The notes under the pieces: generated by a model
Database searches by the model: none
What the model saw: the letters and a program-made list of their open reading frames with translations, nothing else
What the model was told of the DNA's origin: nothing
Shown here: piece by piece, positions 50,968-61,274 of the stretch
How positions within the stretch are numbered: position 1 is the first letter of the stretch
How the letters are laid out: every line of letters starts with the position of its first letter
Assembly: GCA_965221875.1 (NCBI GenBank)
Contig: OZ244920.1
Span: 489,164 to 553,163, forward strand
DNA from: Thermodesulfobacteriota bacterium
Lineage (GTDB): Bacteria; Desulfobacterota_D; UBA1144; Nemesobacterales; Nemesobacteraceae
Direction: 5' to 3'
DNA length: 64,000 nucleotides
Program-made: the position numbers and the translations under genes

Positions 50968-52178
50968 GGGACTTATATACATAACTAGACGTATACTGTT
51001 CCTGGCCGAACGGGCCCTACTTCAGCCCGCTTCATCTCCATCCTTCCGGCCATGCGGGACTCTAAACCAAGCTTCCCACCCGCAATCGAGATGCCTCGAT
51101 GAAGGATATTTATTGCTGCGTTTACATCCCTGTCCATAACTACTCCACACTCACATCTGTGCGTCCTGACGGACAGAGACTTCTTTACCGTAGCTCCGCA
51201 ACCTGAACACTCCTGAGATGTCCCCCGGGGATCAACCTCCACCACCCTGACGCCAGCACTCTCAGCCTTCTCGTTAAGCAGTGTTATCAACTTACCCCAG
51301 TTCTGCTCATGTATGCTCCTCGCAAGTTTACTGTTGCGAACCATGTTCTTTGTCCTAAGCTTCTCCACCACAATGAAGTCGTACATCTTTACTATCTCCG
51401 CACTCAGGCGGTGAAGATAATCTCTTTCCTTGTCACTTATCCTCTGCCACTCCCTGGCAAGCAGTAAAACTGCTTTTTTCCAGTTGTTGCTTCCCTTCTT
51501 CTTGCGGGACACAGAACGCTGAAGCCGTATTATTTTACTCCTGTCTATCACTCTCTTCTCTACCGTCTCCCCGTCACTAAGCGTAAGACGCTTCGTTATC
51601 CCCATGTCTATGCCCACTGGATTGGTTATCTGTTCTGCGGCAGGAACATCATCTATTTCATACGACAGGGCCACTTCAGTGCGCAGTGCCTTCCTCGTAA
51701 TGCGTATAGCTCTCAGAAGTCCGTTCGGTGGAAGTTCACGGGATGTCTTTACTTCAATACGGGGAAGTCCCTTTATCCTGAGAACAGTCTTGTTCCCCTC
51801 TCTCTTTAACATGCTCCCGCACTGATCGTTTACCTCTATGCTTCTCCACCTGCGAGAGCTTTTAAAGCGGGGGAAGCCTCCATGGGTAAAAAACCTCTTG
51901 TACGCCTTGTCAAGCCTTGAGAGAACACCTCTAAACAGAATGGCGGATATATCTTTGAATTCCTGAATCTCAGCCCTGACCTCGGTTAGTTCCTTGCACT
52001 GATCAAAGTAGCTTCGGCTTTTGCCTGTTTTTTTGTAGCAGTCAATACGGGACTCAAGACCGGCGTTATAGAGTTCAGCGGACAGTCTCAGCACCTGATC
52101 AAGCCTGCTGTGCCCAGCTCTGGATATCTTGGTACGACACTTATAAGTCCTTATCATGGCTATGTCATTATACCCAGC
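50968..52178 (-). mobile_element. ~1.21-kb tnpB-carrying unit bounded by sequences related to the TIR-cassette family (boundaries tentative)
   Basis: GGGACTTATATACATAACTAG at 50968-50988 directly abuts the tnpB stop; degenerate related sequence TATGTCATTATACCC at 52161-52175 abuts the start. Confidence 0.4.
50985..52157 (-). CDS. tnpB: TnpB (OrfB_IS605 / IS1341-type RNA-guided nuclease-like transposon protein)
   Basis: 390 aa; RuvC-like motifs (GIDMGI, E, D) and C-terminal Zn-ribbon CSGCGATVKK..HRCECGVVMDRDVNAAINI. Confidence 0.85.
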   Translation of the reverse strand: MIRTYKCRTKISRAGHSRLDQVLRLSAELYNAGLESRIDCYKKTGKSRSYFDQCKELTEVRAEIQEFKDISAILFRGVLSRLDKAYKRFFTHGGFPRFKSSRRWRSIEVNDQCGSMLKREGNKTVLRIKGLPRIEVKTSRELPPNGLLRAIRITRKALRTEVALSYEIDDVPAAEQITNPVGIDMGITKRLTLSDGETVEKRVIDRSKIIRLQRSVSRKKKGSNNWKKAVLLLAREWQRISDKERDYLHRLSAEIVKMYDFIVVEKLRTKNMVRNSKLARSIHEQNWGKLITLLNEKAESAGVRVVEVDPRGTSQECSGCGATVKKSLSVRTHRCECGVVMDRDVNAAINILHRGISIAGGKLGLESRMAGRMEMKRAEVGPVRPGTVYV

Positions 52179-52339
52179 ACCCTTCTATATGACTACTCAA
52201 CCCTGGCACTGTCAACTTTCCTACATAGTTCCCATAATTTGCAAGGATAACGGAACTTCATATTTCTTATCAAGCGGCAAGAGAAGTTCTGTACGCCATG
52301 CCGCCATGCATTTTACTCTTTCAAGGTGAGCCAGCTGGC

Positions 52340-53578
52340 TTACGACCGGTTCCAGACCGTTCCGAAAGGAACGGCCCACAGCCCGTCACCCATGGAACCC
52401 GCGAGTTCTCCCGAATAGAGTACGATCCCGGTGAATTTTCTGTCGCGCGCGATGTTTTTCTTAAACCAGCTGAGGCTCCTGAAATCGCTCGTTCCGATGG
52501 CCGAGCCCGCCTTGATCTCAATCCCGAGTAGCGCCGAGTCCTCCCTTTCGATCAGGAAGTCAATCTCGCGCTTTTCGCGGTCACGGTAATGAAACAGGCT
52601 GTATTTTCCGGCATTGGCGTCCGCCTGGGCGGCTATTTCGTTGAACATGAAGGTTTCAATCAGTTTGCCCGAGCGGTCCGCGTCCATGCGAACCTGCTGC
52701 CTGTCCCAGTCGAGAATCGAAGACATAAGTCCCGAATCGGTCATAAACAGCTTGGGGCGGCTCCCCACCCGCGCGTAGTCCGTGCGTTTCCACGGCCTTA
52801 TGCGCTCGACCACATACAGGGTTTCCAAGGCGTTTATATATGTCTCGACCGTGGAGCGGACGATGGAAAGTCCGGCGGCTATGGATGAGATGTCCATGAA
52901 TTTGCCCGACCATGCTGCCAGGGCATATATCAGTTCGCTCATGGCATCGCGTCGCTGGATACGCCCGAGATCCCTCAGGTCGCGCTCAAGAATCGCGTCC
53001 ACATAGTCCCGATGCCATAGTCTTCGTTCTGCGTCTCCAAGCAGAATAGCTTCCGGGAAGCCGCCCCCAAAAGAGATGTTCAGCATGGCGTCACGACCGT
53101 AAGCGCGGTCGGGATGCCCGAAGTCCTGTCCGAAAGCCCGGTCAAGGAAATCTGGAACCACCCCCAAAATCTCTCCCTGCGTGAGCGGACGCAGCCGTAC
53201 CTTTCTTATACGTCCGGCGAGAGATTCCCGCACCCCTGGAGAAGACTGTATGTCGGCCGAACCTGTCAGCAGGTATTGTCCGGGCCTTGTATCTTCATCT
53301 ACATTTATCTTGATCGCGGAAAGCAGATCGGGGGCACGCTGGACTTCGTCGATGATGAGGGTTTTTCCCGAGTGCCTAACGAAACCTCGGGGGTCGGTTT
53401 CGGCAATCTGCCGTACGGCCGGATCATCTAAAGTGCGGTAGGCGACATCATGTGAAACCAGTTCCTTGGCAAGAGTAGTCTTGCCGCATTGCCGCGCTCC
53501 GCAGAGCAACAGCACGCGGCGCGCTTCGAGAGCTTTTTCCAAAGTGTTCCGCTGCCAGCGGACATAAGAACGTGACAT
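52340..53578 (-). CDS. AAA+ ATPase (AAA_14 + DUF4143), paralog of 34652-35884
   Basis: GARQCGKTTL Walker A; ~45% identity to the other copy. Confidence 0.75.
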   Translation of the reverse strand: MSRSYVRWQRNTLEKALEARRVLLLCGARQCGKTTLAKELVSHDVAYRTLDDPAVRQIAETDPRGFVRHSGKTLIIDEVQRAPDLLSAIKINVDEDTRPGQYLLTGSADIQSSPGVRESLAGRIRKVRLRPLTQGEILGVVPDFLDRAFGQDFGHPDRAYGRDAMLNISFGGGFPEAILLGDAERRLWHRDYVDAILERDLRDLGRIQRRDAMSELIYALAAWSGKFMDISSIAAGLSIVRSTVETYINALETLYVVERIRPWKRTDYARVGSRPKLFMTDSGLMSSILDWDRQQVRMDADRSGKLIETFMFNEIAAQADANAGKYSLFHYRDREKREIDFLIEREDSALLGIEIKAGSAIGTSDFRSLSWFKKNIARDRKFTGIVLYSGELAGSMGDGLWAVPFGTVWNRS

Positions 53579-53610
53579 GATCCTAAACTCGCTGTATTGT
53601 TATTTCCGTA

Positions 53611-53679
53611 TCCGCGTTTTTGCAAAAATCGCATCCGCGTTTTTATAGAAATTATACCCGCGTTTTTATAGAAAACAAT
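53611..53679. promoter_or_regulatory. three 23-bp direct repeats (iteron-like) upstream of the minus-strand DUF4143 ATPase gene
   Basis: atccgcgtttttgcaaaaatcgc / atccgcgtttttatagaaattat / acccgcgtttttatagaaaacaa. Confidence 0.4.
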
Positions 53680-53849
53680 GTTCCCAAGTCGTATTATCCG
53701 GATCCGTCGTCTTTTTCCTGCTGCGCCCTGCTGCTCTCGATAGACTTTCTGATTTCAGACATTCCCTGTTCCCGGTAGGCCTCGTCCGATTTAGCGTTTT
53801 CAAGGCGCTCCCGCACCCCTCTGGTCGAGCGCCGCAGATCTTCCCCGCC

Positions 53850-55560
53850 CTAGCGTATCTCGCCCCGTCCCGCCCCGAAGTCTTCCGCGGTCTTCGTCTC
53901 TTCGGTTCCGATTCTCTCCTGGGACCGCTCCCGCGCCTGGGCTACCCGTTCCCTGACCTCGGTGGAGCCCTCGTTTATCGAGCCCTGAGTTTGCTCGATT
54001 CCCGCCCCGCCCGCCCCCGCGGCGGACTTTCTGTATTCCCCGAAGGACTGTTCCGCGTCGACCTCGAATCTGCGGACGTTGCCGAGGCCGTAGCCGTCGG
54101 CGGGTATCGCGGCGACCGATTCTCTGGTTTTCCTTCCCCCGCCGACAAGTTCCGAGAGGCCCGTGACCCTGTGTATCGATCCGGAGACGGCTTCCGCTTC
54201 CTCGGTATCGTATCTTCCGTCGCGAAGGTCGGTAAGCCCCCTGGCCACGTAGCTGTCCGAATAGCCTTGCCCCCTCATGTCGGCAAACACCGTCTGGGTG
54301 TACTCCCTCTCAAGACCCGCGCCGAAGGAACTCTCCCCCGAGAGCACTTCTGAGTAGGCTTTTGCCCTCTCCCTCTGGGAGGAGTAGTCCCGCGGTCGCC
54401 CCCGTAGTCTTGTCCACCTCGATGGGCCCGTATCCCTCGGCGGAACTCTCGCCGTCCGCGGTCGTCGCAAGGCAGCGCTCCATGTCGGCGAGCATGGCCA
54501 TGCGCGAGGCCACTTCGAGAAAATCCGTGTTCTGCTCCGTCTGCGTATCGAAGCAGTCATCCCCCGAGGCGCAGCGGATTTCCCCGTCGCACTCATACGT
54601 GACGCTTTTTTCCCGGCAGAGGCTTACGCTTTTCTGGCAGTCGTAGGCGTTTTCCTGGATAAGGCATACCCCGAGGTTCCTCCCCGGCGGGTCAGGAAAC
54701 TCGGGATGCTCGCGGAACCGCATGACGCAGCGCGCCCCGGTCTGGTGGCAGCCATCGGCGCGCAGCTGAGGGCAGTCGGGGTCTTCCACCAGGGGGCTCG
54801 CGCAGAGGTAGGTGTATTCCCTGTCTGTGCAGACGGTTTCTCCATCCGGGGTCTCGGTGCTCTGAAGGCAGCGGTTGCTGAAGGTTTCGCAGTTTCCGGC
54901 CGCTTTGTAGCCCCCGCAGCCGTCTTCGGTTTCGATGTGGATTTCGTATGTGGTTTCGGTGTCCGTGGGCGAGGCTCTCCGCCGGGATTCGATACCAAGG
55001 GGGACCACGGTAACGGTAACGGTCTTTTTCACGTTGCAGTAATGTCTGCTGAGCGTCGCCTGTTCGTGGCACTTCTTTGGTTCGTTCCAGAAGTTCTCCG
55101 CGTACTCGGTGCACACCTCCTGTTTCTCGCATGAGGACAAGGGGGCCTCGATCGCATCCTTGGAGCTTGCGATCATGGGGTCCGTTTCAGGGTCTACGGT
55201 GAACGCGGGGCGCTGCGCGGAGCTTTGCCTGAGGAATCCGGGAGCATCCGAGGTGGCCGGGTTCCCGCCCTGTATGGCGCCCTCCGCCTCCGTTTTCATT
55301 CCCCCGGGATTCCCGGTCCACCGCGCCCCCTCGCTTCTGAGTTCCTCGAGGGTCTCTGTACCGTAGCCCGGAAGCGTTTCTGTTTCAACTGCTGACGGCA
55401 TCAGGGCTTGCGAGTGGCGAGACAGCATTTCAGTCCCGTGGAGATGTCCTTCCCGGAGGCCCGCCTCGAAATCCTCCCCGGCGCCGGGCGCCGGCACAAG
55501 CAGGAGACTAATTGTCACTAAAGCCGCTTTTTTCAAGGCGCCTTCTAAACACCCCGGCAT
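53850..55560 (-). pseudogene. traN: F-type T4SS mating-pair stabilisation protein TraN-like, Cys-rich, apparently frameshifted near 54310-54400
   Basis: 416-aa ORF with signal peptide and >20 Cys in C-x-C-rich arrangement, positioned after trbC as in the F tra operon; continues in another frame (53850-54596). Confidence 0.55.
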
Positions 55561-56214
55561 TTGCGTCCTCCTTTTCCATGAGCCCGAGAGCGTAGGGAAG
55601 CGATACGTCCCCGGAAACCTTTACGTGGGTAAGCCCCTCGCAGTCTGTGCCCGGCAGGTAGCCGTAGGTAAGCACAAGCTGCGGCACCGCCCCGACCGAA
55701 AAGCATTCGAAAAGAACGGGGTCTATCCAGACCTCCGCCCCGGTCTTCCCGATCAAGCCTGATATCCGCGAGGCGGTTTCCCCGATATCTTCTCCCGAAA
55801 GTCCCCGAAGAACCATCACCGCGCCCCCGGCCGCGCTCTCCCGCGCCGCCTCCCTGAGAGAGGAACGCGGCATCGAGAATGAGAAAAAGTAAAAGAGCTC
55901 GGGTGTCCCGTCCTCTGTGCTTGCGTTTTTTTCGGGGAAAGCCCGAGAGGGCGACGGTTTTACCGAAAGCAGTTCCATTACTTCTTCGGTTTCCTTCGCT
56001 CTGGGGGAGTTTGTTTCAGAAAGTGTCTTCTCCGCTCCCGCAATGTCGGGCGAGAGCAGTTCTCCGAGCAGTTCCCTCGCGCGGGAGATATCCGCTTCGC
56101 CGGGTTCGATCCTTATTTCCCCGAGCGAAACGGGATTCTCTTCGGGTGAAGCGGCAACTCCCGAGGCAACGAGCACAGCCGCGATCAGAGCAGGCAGCAG
56201 TCTTTTTTTCTCCA
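55508..56214 (-). CDS. trbC: F-type conjugative pilus assembly protein TrbC
   Basis: LFYFFSFSMP, VMVLRGL, VWIDPVLF..AVPQLVL, GDVSLPYALGLM closely parallel F-plasmid TrbC; signal peptide; probable start MEKKRLL. Confidence 0.8.
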
Positions 56215-57174
56215 TAGCACCCATACCCAGTCCTCTCCCTGCGTGGGATACCACTTGCCGGGGGCCCAGCGCGCAGTAGTCCTTCCTATCGGGAACGCTT
56301 GCGTGTTCTTCGGAAAGGCGAGCTGAAGCTTGTACTGGTCTTTCACTATGACCCTGTGGGGCCGGGGCGCGCACAGGGAACCCTCTCCCGTGGTCTTAAA
56401 AGCCAGAAGTTCGTTATGCAGCTTCGCGAGCAGCTTCACGGCCGAAAGCGCGTAGACGGCCGGGAGGTCTCCCGTCGCCCCGTTGTTTCCCGTGTGGGGG
56501 TAGACGCTCCCCCACGACCCGGCGCACCAGAAAAGCTCGTTAAGCGCAAAGCCCCCCGCGGCGGCCACGGCGTCCGCGGCGCACGAGGCCTGCGCCACGG
56601 GGTTTGCCACGAGCGCTATTTCGGGGTGGAGCAGAAAAGAGAGTTCGTCGTTGCTCCAGAGGGGATCAAACGCCGTCATGTATGCGAGGTCGAATCCTCC
56701 CCGGGTCATGCACCCGAAACTTGAAAAAAGGCTCAGCACGGAGAACACAGGGTAAATAAAGTGGTGGACGTGAAGAAATGAGGTCCTGTCCCCACGCTGT
56801 CCGCCTCCCTCTCCGTATGCCCCAGTCATGGCGAAGGATGGAAGGGGAAGCTTACTGCCCCCGAACGAAGGGAAACACCCTGGGTGCCTTACGACCTCGA
56901 TCAGCTTAACCGGCTCCCAGAAGGAAACCTTTATGCCGACCCTGGGGACCGGCGACCCGCAGAAACAGAGCGGGAAATGGCTTACGGTTTGGGTTCCCTT
57001 TCCGGGCGTTACCGCCACTCCCCCTATCTTTATCGGGAACATCGCCCTCCAGTCAACGTCCGTGAGCGGGTTAAAAAACCTGCCGCCGCACTTGGGCGAC
57101 GCCACGGCCTCCCTTGCGGGACCGGTGAACAGGGCGGCGAGCAGAAATGCGAAGAGTATCCTTTTTCCGTGCAT
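56185..57174 (-). CDS. traU: F-type conjugative pilus assembly protein TraU
   Basis: CGGRFFNPLTDVDW, NPVAQASCAADAVAAA, LFWCAGSWGSVYP, WRKKDCC align with F TraU motifs (CEGRFVNPITD.., NPIAQGACAADAIA, LFWCAGSQGSMYP, WRKRNC). Confidence 0.9.
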   Translation of the reverse strand: MHGKRILFAFLLAALFTGPAREAVASPKCGGRFFNPLTDVDWRAMFPIKIGGVAVTPGKGTQTVSHFPLCFCGSPVPRVGIKVSFWEPVKLIEVVRHPGCFPSFGGSKLPLPSFAMTGAYGEGGGQRGDRTSFLHVHHFIYPVFSVLSLFSSFGCMTRGGFDLAYMTAFDPLWSNDELSFLLHPEIALVANPVAQASCAADAVAAAGGFALNELFWCAGSWGSVYPHTGNNGATGDLPAVYALSAVKLLAKLHNELLAFKTTGEGSLCAPRPHRVIVKDQYKLQLAFPKNTQAFPIGRTTARWAPGKWYPTQGEDWVWVLWRKKDCCLL

Positions 57175-57277
57175 TTAAATAACAATGTATTACAAAAAGG
57201 AGAGTAAGGCAAGCAGAATCCGCCTGGGCGACGAGGATTCACTCTGGCTTGAGTCTATGATTTGCGGGAAGTTCTTT

Positions 57278-59404
57278 TTATTTGCCGTCGCTGCGATACT
57301 TGCGGGAGAGGAGGGGCAGCAGGGCGGCTGTGCCCAGAAGCAGGCGCGCAAGCTCAGTCTTCGCGTGACCCGCTCTTTTGCCCGCGGCGATTGAGCACCC
57401 TCCTCCACCAGAGGAGTCCCCGCTTCCCGGCGACGGGCGTTTTTCTTCCGGAGGCTCCACCGAGGGCGGTTTTTCCTCTTCCGGAGGCTCCTCCACGGGC
57501 GGTGACGACGGCTCGGGGTCTGGTGTCGGTGTCGGATTCGGGGTGGGTGTTGGTGTCGGATTCGGGGCAGGTGCCGGAGGTCTTGTCGGCGGCGGCTGTT
57601 CATCATCCCTTATGGTTCCAGTTGCACGACTTCGCCTGATCTGAGCGTTTTGCGGATTCAGAAGCTCAACGATGAATGTTTCAGTTCCTTCCCGGGTTGA
57701 ATCATCCGTCAGGGACACACTGACAGTCTTCTGCGTTTCGCATGGGGCAAAGGTGATCGGCGAAGGCCGCCCGCCTGTGTAATCGGAACCTTCTTCTGCC
57801 GTTCTGTCCGTTATTGAGTATTCAACGGTTACTGACTGATCATCCCGGGGAGAGGCAAGGTTTACGGTGAATTCAATACTGCCGTCTCCTTCTCCGGCGA
57901 CTGAGTCTTCAATTGAAAGCCTCGGGGCAGGATGGTTCTCAAGGGAGAGCGTTTTGGGAACGGGTTCAAATCCGCTGTAGAACCTGTCGTTGCTCTGCGC
58001 CGGGCCTATACGTATTTCGTAGTTTCCTACCCCGTCGCAGCTTCCGTCATCAACTCCCCTCACCGTCACTTCCCGCGGAGTGCTCCAGCTCGAAGGGGTG
58101 AATGTAACTACGCTCGAGACCTCACCCTCCGAAGGGGTATCGCTTGTCAGGGGTATTGTGATGTTTCCAGAGGGTTTTGACTCAAGTTTTATCTCGAATT
58201 TCGCAGTCCCGCCGCTCTCGGTCGTCACAAGCTGCTGTGACAATGGTCTTACTGAGATACCCGTTGGCATGCAGTCCGGGGCAAGTCCGCTTACGCTCCA
58301 GCCTATATCGCTCAGGATGCCGAGCGAGAGATCCATGTTTCTCGGGGACGGGGCGAAGGCTTCCATGGTATCTCCGGCGGAAGAAAAGACGTGGGAGACG
58401 GATGAGGTGCTGTCAAAAGACGAGGGAGCGTGGAGAAGCGGTTTTCCGTCATCTGATTTTGCGGAAGGGTGCGTAAGCTCCGCCATCTTCACCCCGTAGC
58501 TGCAGTTCCCGCTACGCCCGTATGTGCCCTCCCAGAGAAGTCCTGTTTCAGATGTCATCGCCGCCTCCCGTTGCGCCCGGGTGATGTCCGGAAAAGATGC
58601 GTCTTCTGCCTCCGAGTAAAGCTGCTCGTCGTAAACTGACCGCGAAACTATATTGACATCGCCTGAGAAAGGTATGCCGCCACACACCGTTCCGCTTACC
58701 ATCAGAGTTCTTGGAGGAAATGCGCCGTCACCTTCTATTGTAGAGAGGAACCCGATCCCGTGCATGATCTCATGGATTACGAGCTGGATGAAGTCAACTC
58801 TGTTTGAGGGATCAGTTCCGGTGATCCCGTAGTAATAGGGAACGCATTTGCTGAGCCGAATACGTATGTCGTCATTCTGTCCGTTAATATCCGTGTTCCC
58901 TGGTATAGCTTCGAAAAGGGCGTAAGGGTAAGCCGTTTGAAGCGACGGGTCGCCTGTCTGCATCGGTGTGAGCAAAGAGCAGTCAAACTGTATCCTAAGA
59001 TTATAGGCGTAACCGGTAGGCCCGGCGAAACCGACAGTGGTGAGTGACGGAAGCGGATTGTTGCAGTGACCCGGCATAAGTAGATCCTCCTGACCGTCAA
59101 AAAACACGAATTCGGCTCTTATCCTTATGGTGCTTTGATTGCCGAGCCTTCCCTCAAGGATGGAAATCGCGTGTCGAAAGGCGTTTTTCCTGGCCTCTCC
59201 CAGAGTCTGGGCGTTATTTCCACGTGAGGAAAGAAGATTTCTTTGTTCCTGCGAAAGAGGGGTCGGATCGTTAAACCCTTCGTTTAAGGCGTCTGTGTAC
59301 GTTACATCAATCGTTACCGAAGCGCCCGGGGGCGTCGCCGCAAACAGCGCGGTGAGCATAAGGAGAATTATGAGGGGGGGGGCCATCGGGCCTAGTGATC
59401 GCAT
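57278..59404 (-). CDS. secreted zinc metalloprotease (HExxH metzincin-like) with Calx-beta domains, Pro/Thr linker and C-terminal GGGGCS-TM-basic sorting signal
   Basis: 708 aa; signal peptide; HEIMHGIGF; Calx-beta-like segments (..TVEYSITDRTAEEGSDYTGG..ETFIVELLNP); PTPTPTPNPTPTP linker; C-terminus GGGGCSIAAG..LLLGTAALLPLLSRKYR. Confidence 0.65.
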   Translation of the reverse strand: MRSLGPMAPPLIILLMLTALFAATPPGASVTIDVTYTDALNEGFNDPTPLSQEQRNLLSSRGNNAQTLGEARKNAFRHAISILEGRLGNQSTIRIRAEFVFFDGQEDLLMPGHCNNPLPSLTTVGFAGPTGYAYNLRIQFDCSLLTPMQTGDPSLQTAYPYALFEAIPGNTDINGQNDDIRIRLSKCVPYYYGITGTDPSNRVDFIQLVIHEIMHGIGFLSTIEGDGAFPPRTLMVSGTVCGGIPFSGDVNIVSRSVYDEQLYSEAEDASFPDITRAQREAAMTSETGLLWEGTYGRSGNCSYGVKMAELTHPSAKSDDGKPLLHAPSSFDSTSSVSHVFSSAGDTMEAFAPSPRNMDLSLGILSDIGWSVSGLAPDCMPTGISVRPLSQQLVTTESGGTAKFEIKLESKPSGNITIPLTSDTPSEGEVSSVVTFTPSSWSTPREVTVRGVDDGSCDGVGNYEIRIGPAQSNDRFYSGFEPVPKTLSLENHPAPRLSIEDSVAGEGDGSIEFTVNLASPRDDQSVTVEYSITDRTAEEGSDYTGGRPSPITFAPCETQKTVSVSLTDDSTREGTETFIVELLNPQNAQIRRSRATGTIRDDEQPPPTRPPAPAPNPTPTPTPNPTPTPDPEPSSPPVEEPPEEEKPPSVEPPEEKRPSPGSGDSSGGGGCSIAAGKRAGHAKTELARLLLGTAALLPLLSRKYRSDGK

Positions 59405-59769
59405 TCTAAATGGGGCTTGCCGTCCTCATCGAACCGCACTTGCGTGTGGACTCCGTGAGACTCGGGCATGTCGACAACTATCACGTAATCTCCGTTTCCA
59501 AGCTCCACCAGCCTGCCCTCAAGCGGGGCTTGGGAGCTCTGTTTTTCCGGGGCGCGGCCTTGCGGTAGGGATCGCTCCCCGGGCCTCTCATCCTCAATGC
59601 CGAGGTCAAGCCACTGCTCGCGGGTAAGTATCTCTCCGGTGTCCGGATGTATGAAGATTTTAACTCCCGCGCCTTCGGGGGAGTCGGCGCGCGTGTCGGC
59701 GGCGAGGGCTCCCGCTGGGCAGAGAAAGAAAAAAAGCGCAACAGCCATAAAAAGCATCTTCATCTTCAT
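59392..59769 (-). CDS. small secreted hypothetical protein
   Basis: MKMKMLFMAVALFFFLCPAGALA signal peptide; overlaps the metalloprotease start. Confidence 0.35.
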   Translation of the reverse strand: MKMKMLFMAVALFFFLCPAGALAADTRADSPEGAGVKIFIHPDTGEILTREQWLDLGIEDERPGERSLPQGRAPEKQSSQAPLEGRLVELGNGDYVIVVDMPESHGVHTQVRFDEDGKPHLECDH

Positions 59770-59888
59770 CTTAATTATAAACCAATCCGGACCCGAAAGA
59801 AATCCTGCTGCCCGCTTGGCGGGAGAAAAGTATGCTGAGTATACAATATGGTGGCTGAAAAAAGGTGATAGTGCGGAACAAAAAAAGA

Positions 59889-60512
59889 TCATTTTAGAAC
59901 CATTTCCCGCACTTTGAGTTTCCTGCCCTCCTGCTCTACAAGCGACGGCACCCTCTCGACCCCGAGCCGCCTGAGCATAAAAGGAGTTGCCTTGCACACT
60001 GCCTGGTTCGCACGCAGCGAAGCTTCCCGGACATCGCCATCCGTAAGCAGCAGAATCAGTTTTCCCGCCGCACCGCCCGTTTTCTCAAGTGCTTTTTCTA
60101 CCTGGTACTCTCTCAGCACCAGGATGTTTTTTGAAAGCGATACGTGATCAAGCGGATTTACTGCGCCCGCGGGGAAGATCATTTTCCCCGTGTGGTCGTA
60201 GAGCGGATTTTGTACGTTCACCGAAGGGTCTACATAACGCACCCGCTCTTTCGCAGCTGAAGGGACGTCGAGGGAAACAAGAGAGTGCCGCGCGTAGGAT
60301 TCCTTAAGTTTTCTCTCCATGCTTTCCCGAAACGCCTGCAAGTCAATTTCCCCGGTCTTTCTCCGGACATAGGAAAGCATGTCCTCTTCCCTTATTTCGT
60401 AGAGGCGCCCGTGAACTCCGAGATCCTTACCCGAAGCCCGGGCCGGCGCCGGGGAGAACTGGATAAAAAATACCGAGGCTAGAACAAGGGAAACCCACGC
60501 CCGACTATCCAT
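59889..60512 (-). CDS. traW: F-type conjugative pilus assembly protein TraW (copy 1)
   Basis: GKDLGVHGRLYEIREEDML.., RVRYVDPSVNV, ATPFMLRRLGVERVPSLV parallel F TraW (AADLGTWGDLWPVKEPDML, SRLFDPSVRL, LCQRLGIDQVPARV). Confidence 0.8.
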   Translation of the reverse strand: MDSRAWVSLVLASVFFIQFSPAPARASGKDLGVHGRLYEIREEDMLSYVRRKTGEIDLQAFRESMERKLKESYARHSLVSLDVPSAAKERVRYVDPSVNVQNPLYDHTGKMIFPAGAVNPLDHVSLSKNILVLREYQVEKALEKTGGAAGKLILLLTDGDVREASLRANQAVCKATPFMLRRLGVERVPSLVEQEGRKLKVREMVLK

Positions 60513-60752
60513 GATTTTCTTACAAACCGTTACGCCTCTGCAGTTTTATGCAACAGCCTTTCCAGTGGTTAATTCAGCCGAATAAAATAAATAACCGGTT
60601 TGCTAGGCATGAAGTCTCCCTAAGTGTGTTTGTGGGGATTATGCCCAGCCAAGAAAAGAATTCCCGGTCGGAAGTATTAACTCTTACAGGCTAAAGGTCA
60701 GGCGTGTTTTCTGTAGCTTTGAGACACGAGTATGGTATTCAAAATATCACGG

Positions 60753-61271
60753 TTATAAAGTTTCTTTATCAAGCAATTTCTGTACTTCTACTTTGACTTT
60801 TTCTTCGAGCTTGTCCAGATCAATGCGTTCTTGTTTAACAGCTGTTGCCAAGAGTTTAGCTAGAGCTTTTTTTGTTAAATAAGTGTAACCATCCGCCTTA
60901 ATTTCGGTAGAGATGCGGGAGGCGATTTTCCCGAGGCGTACATAATCAAGCCGGTACACATCAACATGTTGCTTGACGAGATCCTCAACAGGTGTTCGCC
61001 CGTCAGTATCTTTCCATGTTTGACCGTCTTCCTGCAATTTATCATTGGCAATACAAATAAGATCGAGTCTTTCAATGGAGTTACCTGCCGCTACTATAGC
61101 CAAGGCCACCTCTTCAATGTTTTCTCTGGAATCCGATTTACATTTCCAAAAGGATAAAGAATTTCCTTTCGTGCGAAGATCCACAGTTACAGCATCGGCT
61201 GGTATCTCCTCACTAGATAATCCTTGCTTGAGTCCCCACTTTGCGCGTGTAATCTTGCGGATCAGAAACAT
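60753..61271 (-). CDS. hypothetical protein (cassette gene C), lower GC
   Basis: 172-aa ORF in tight operon spacing with the two upstream genes; no recognised domain. Confidence 0.45.
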   Translation of the reverse strand: MFLIRKITRAKWGLKQGLSSEEIPADAVTVDLRTKGNSLSFWKCKSDSRENIEEVALAIVAAGNSIERLDLICIANDKLQEDGQTWKDTDGRTPVEDLVKQHVDVYRLDYVRLGKIASRISTEIKADGYTYLTKKALAKLLATAVKQERIDLDKLEEKVKVEVQKLLDKETL

Positions 61272-61274
61272 GGG

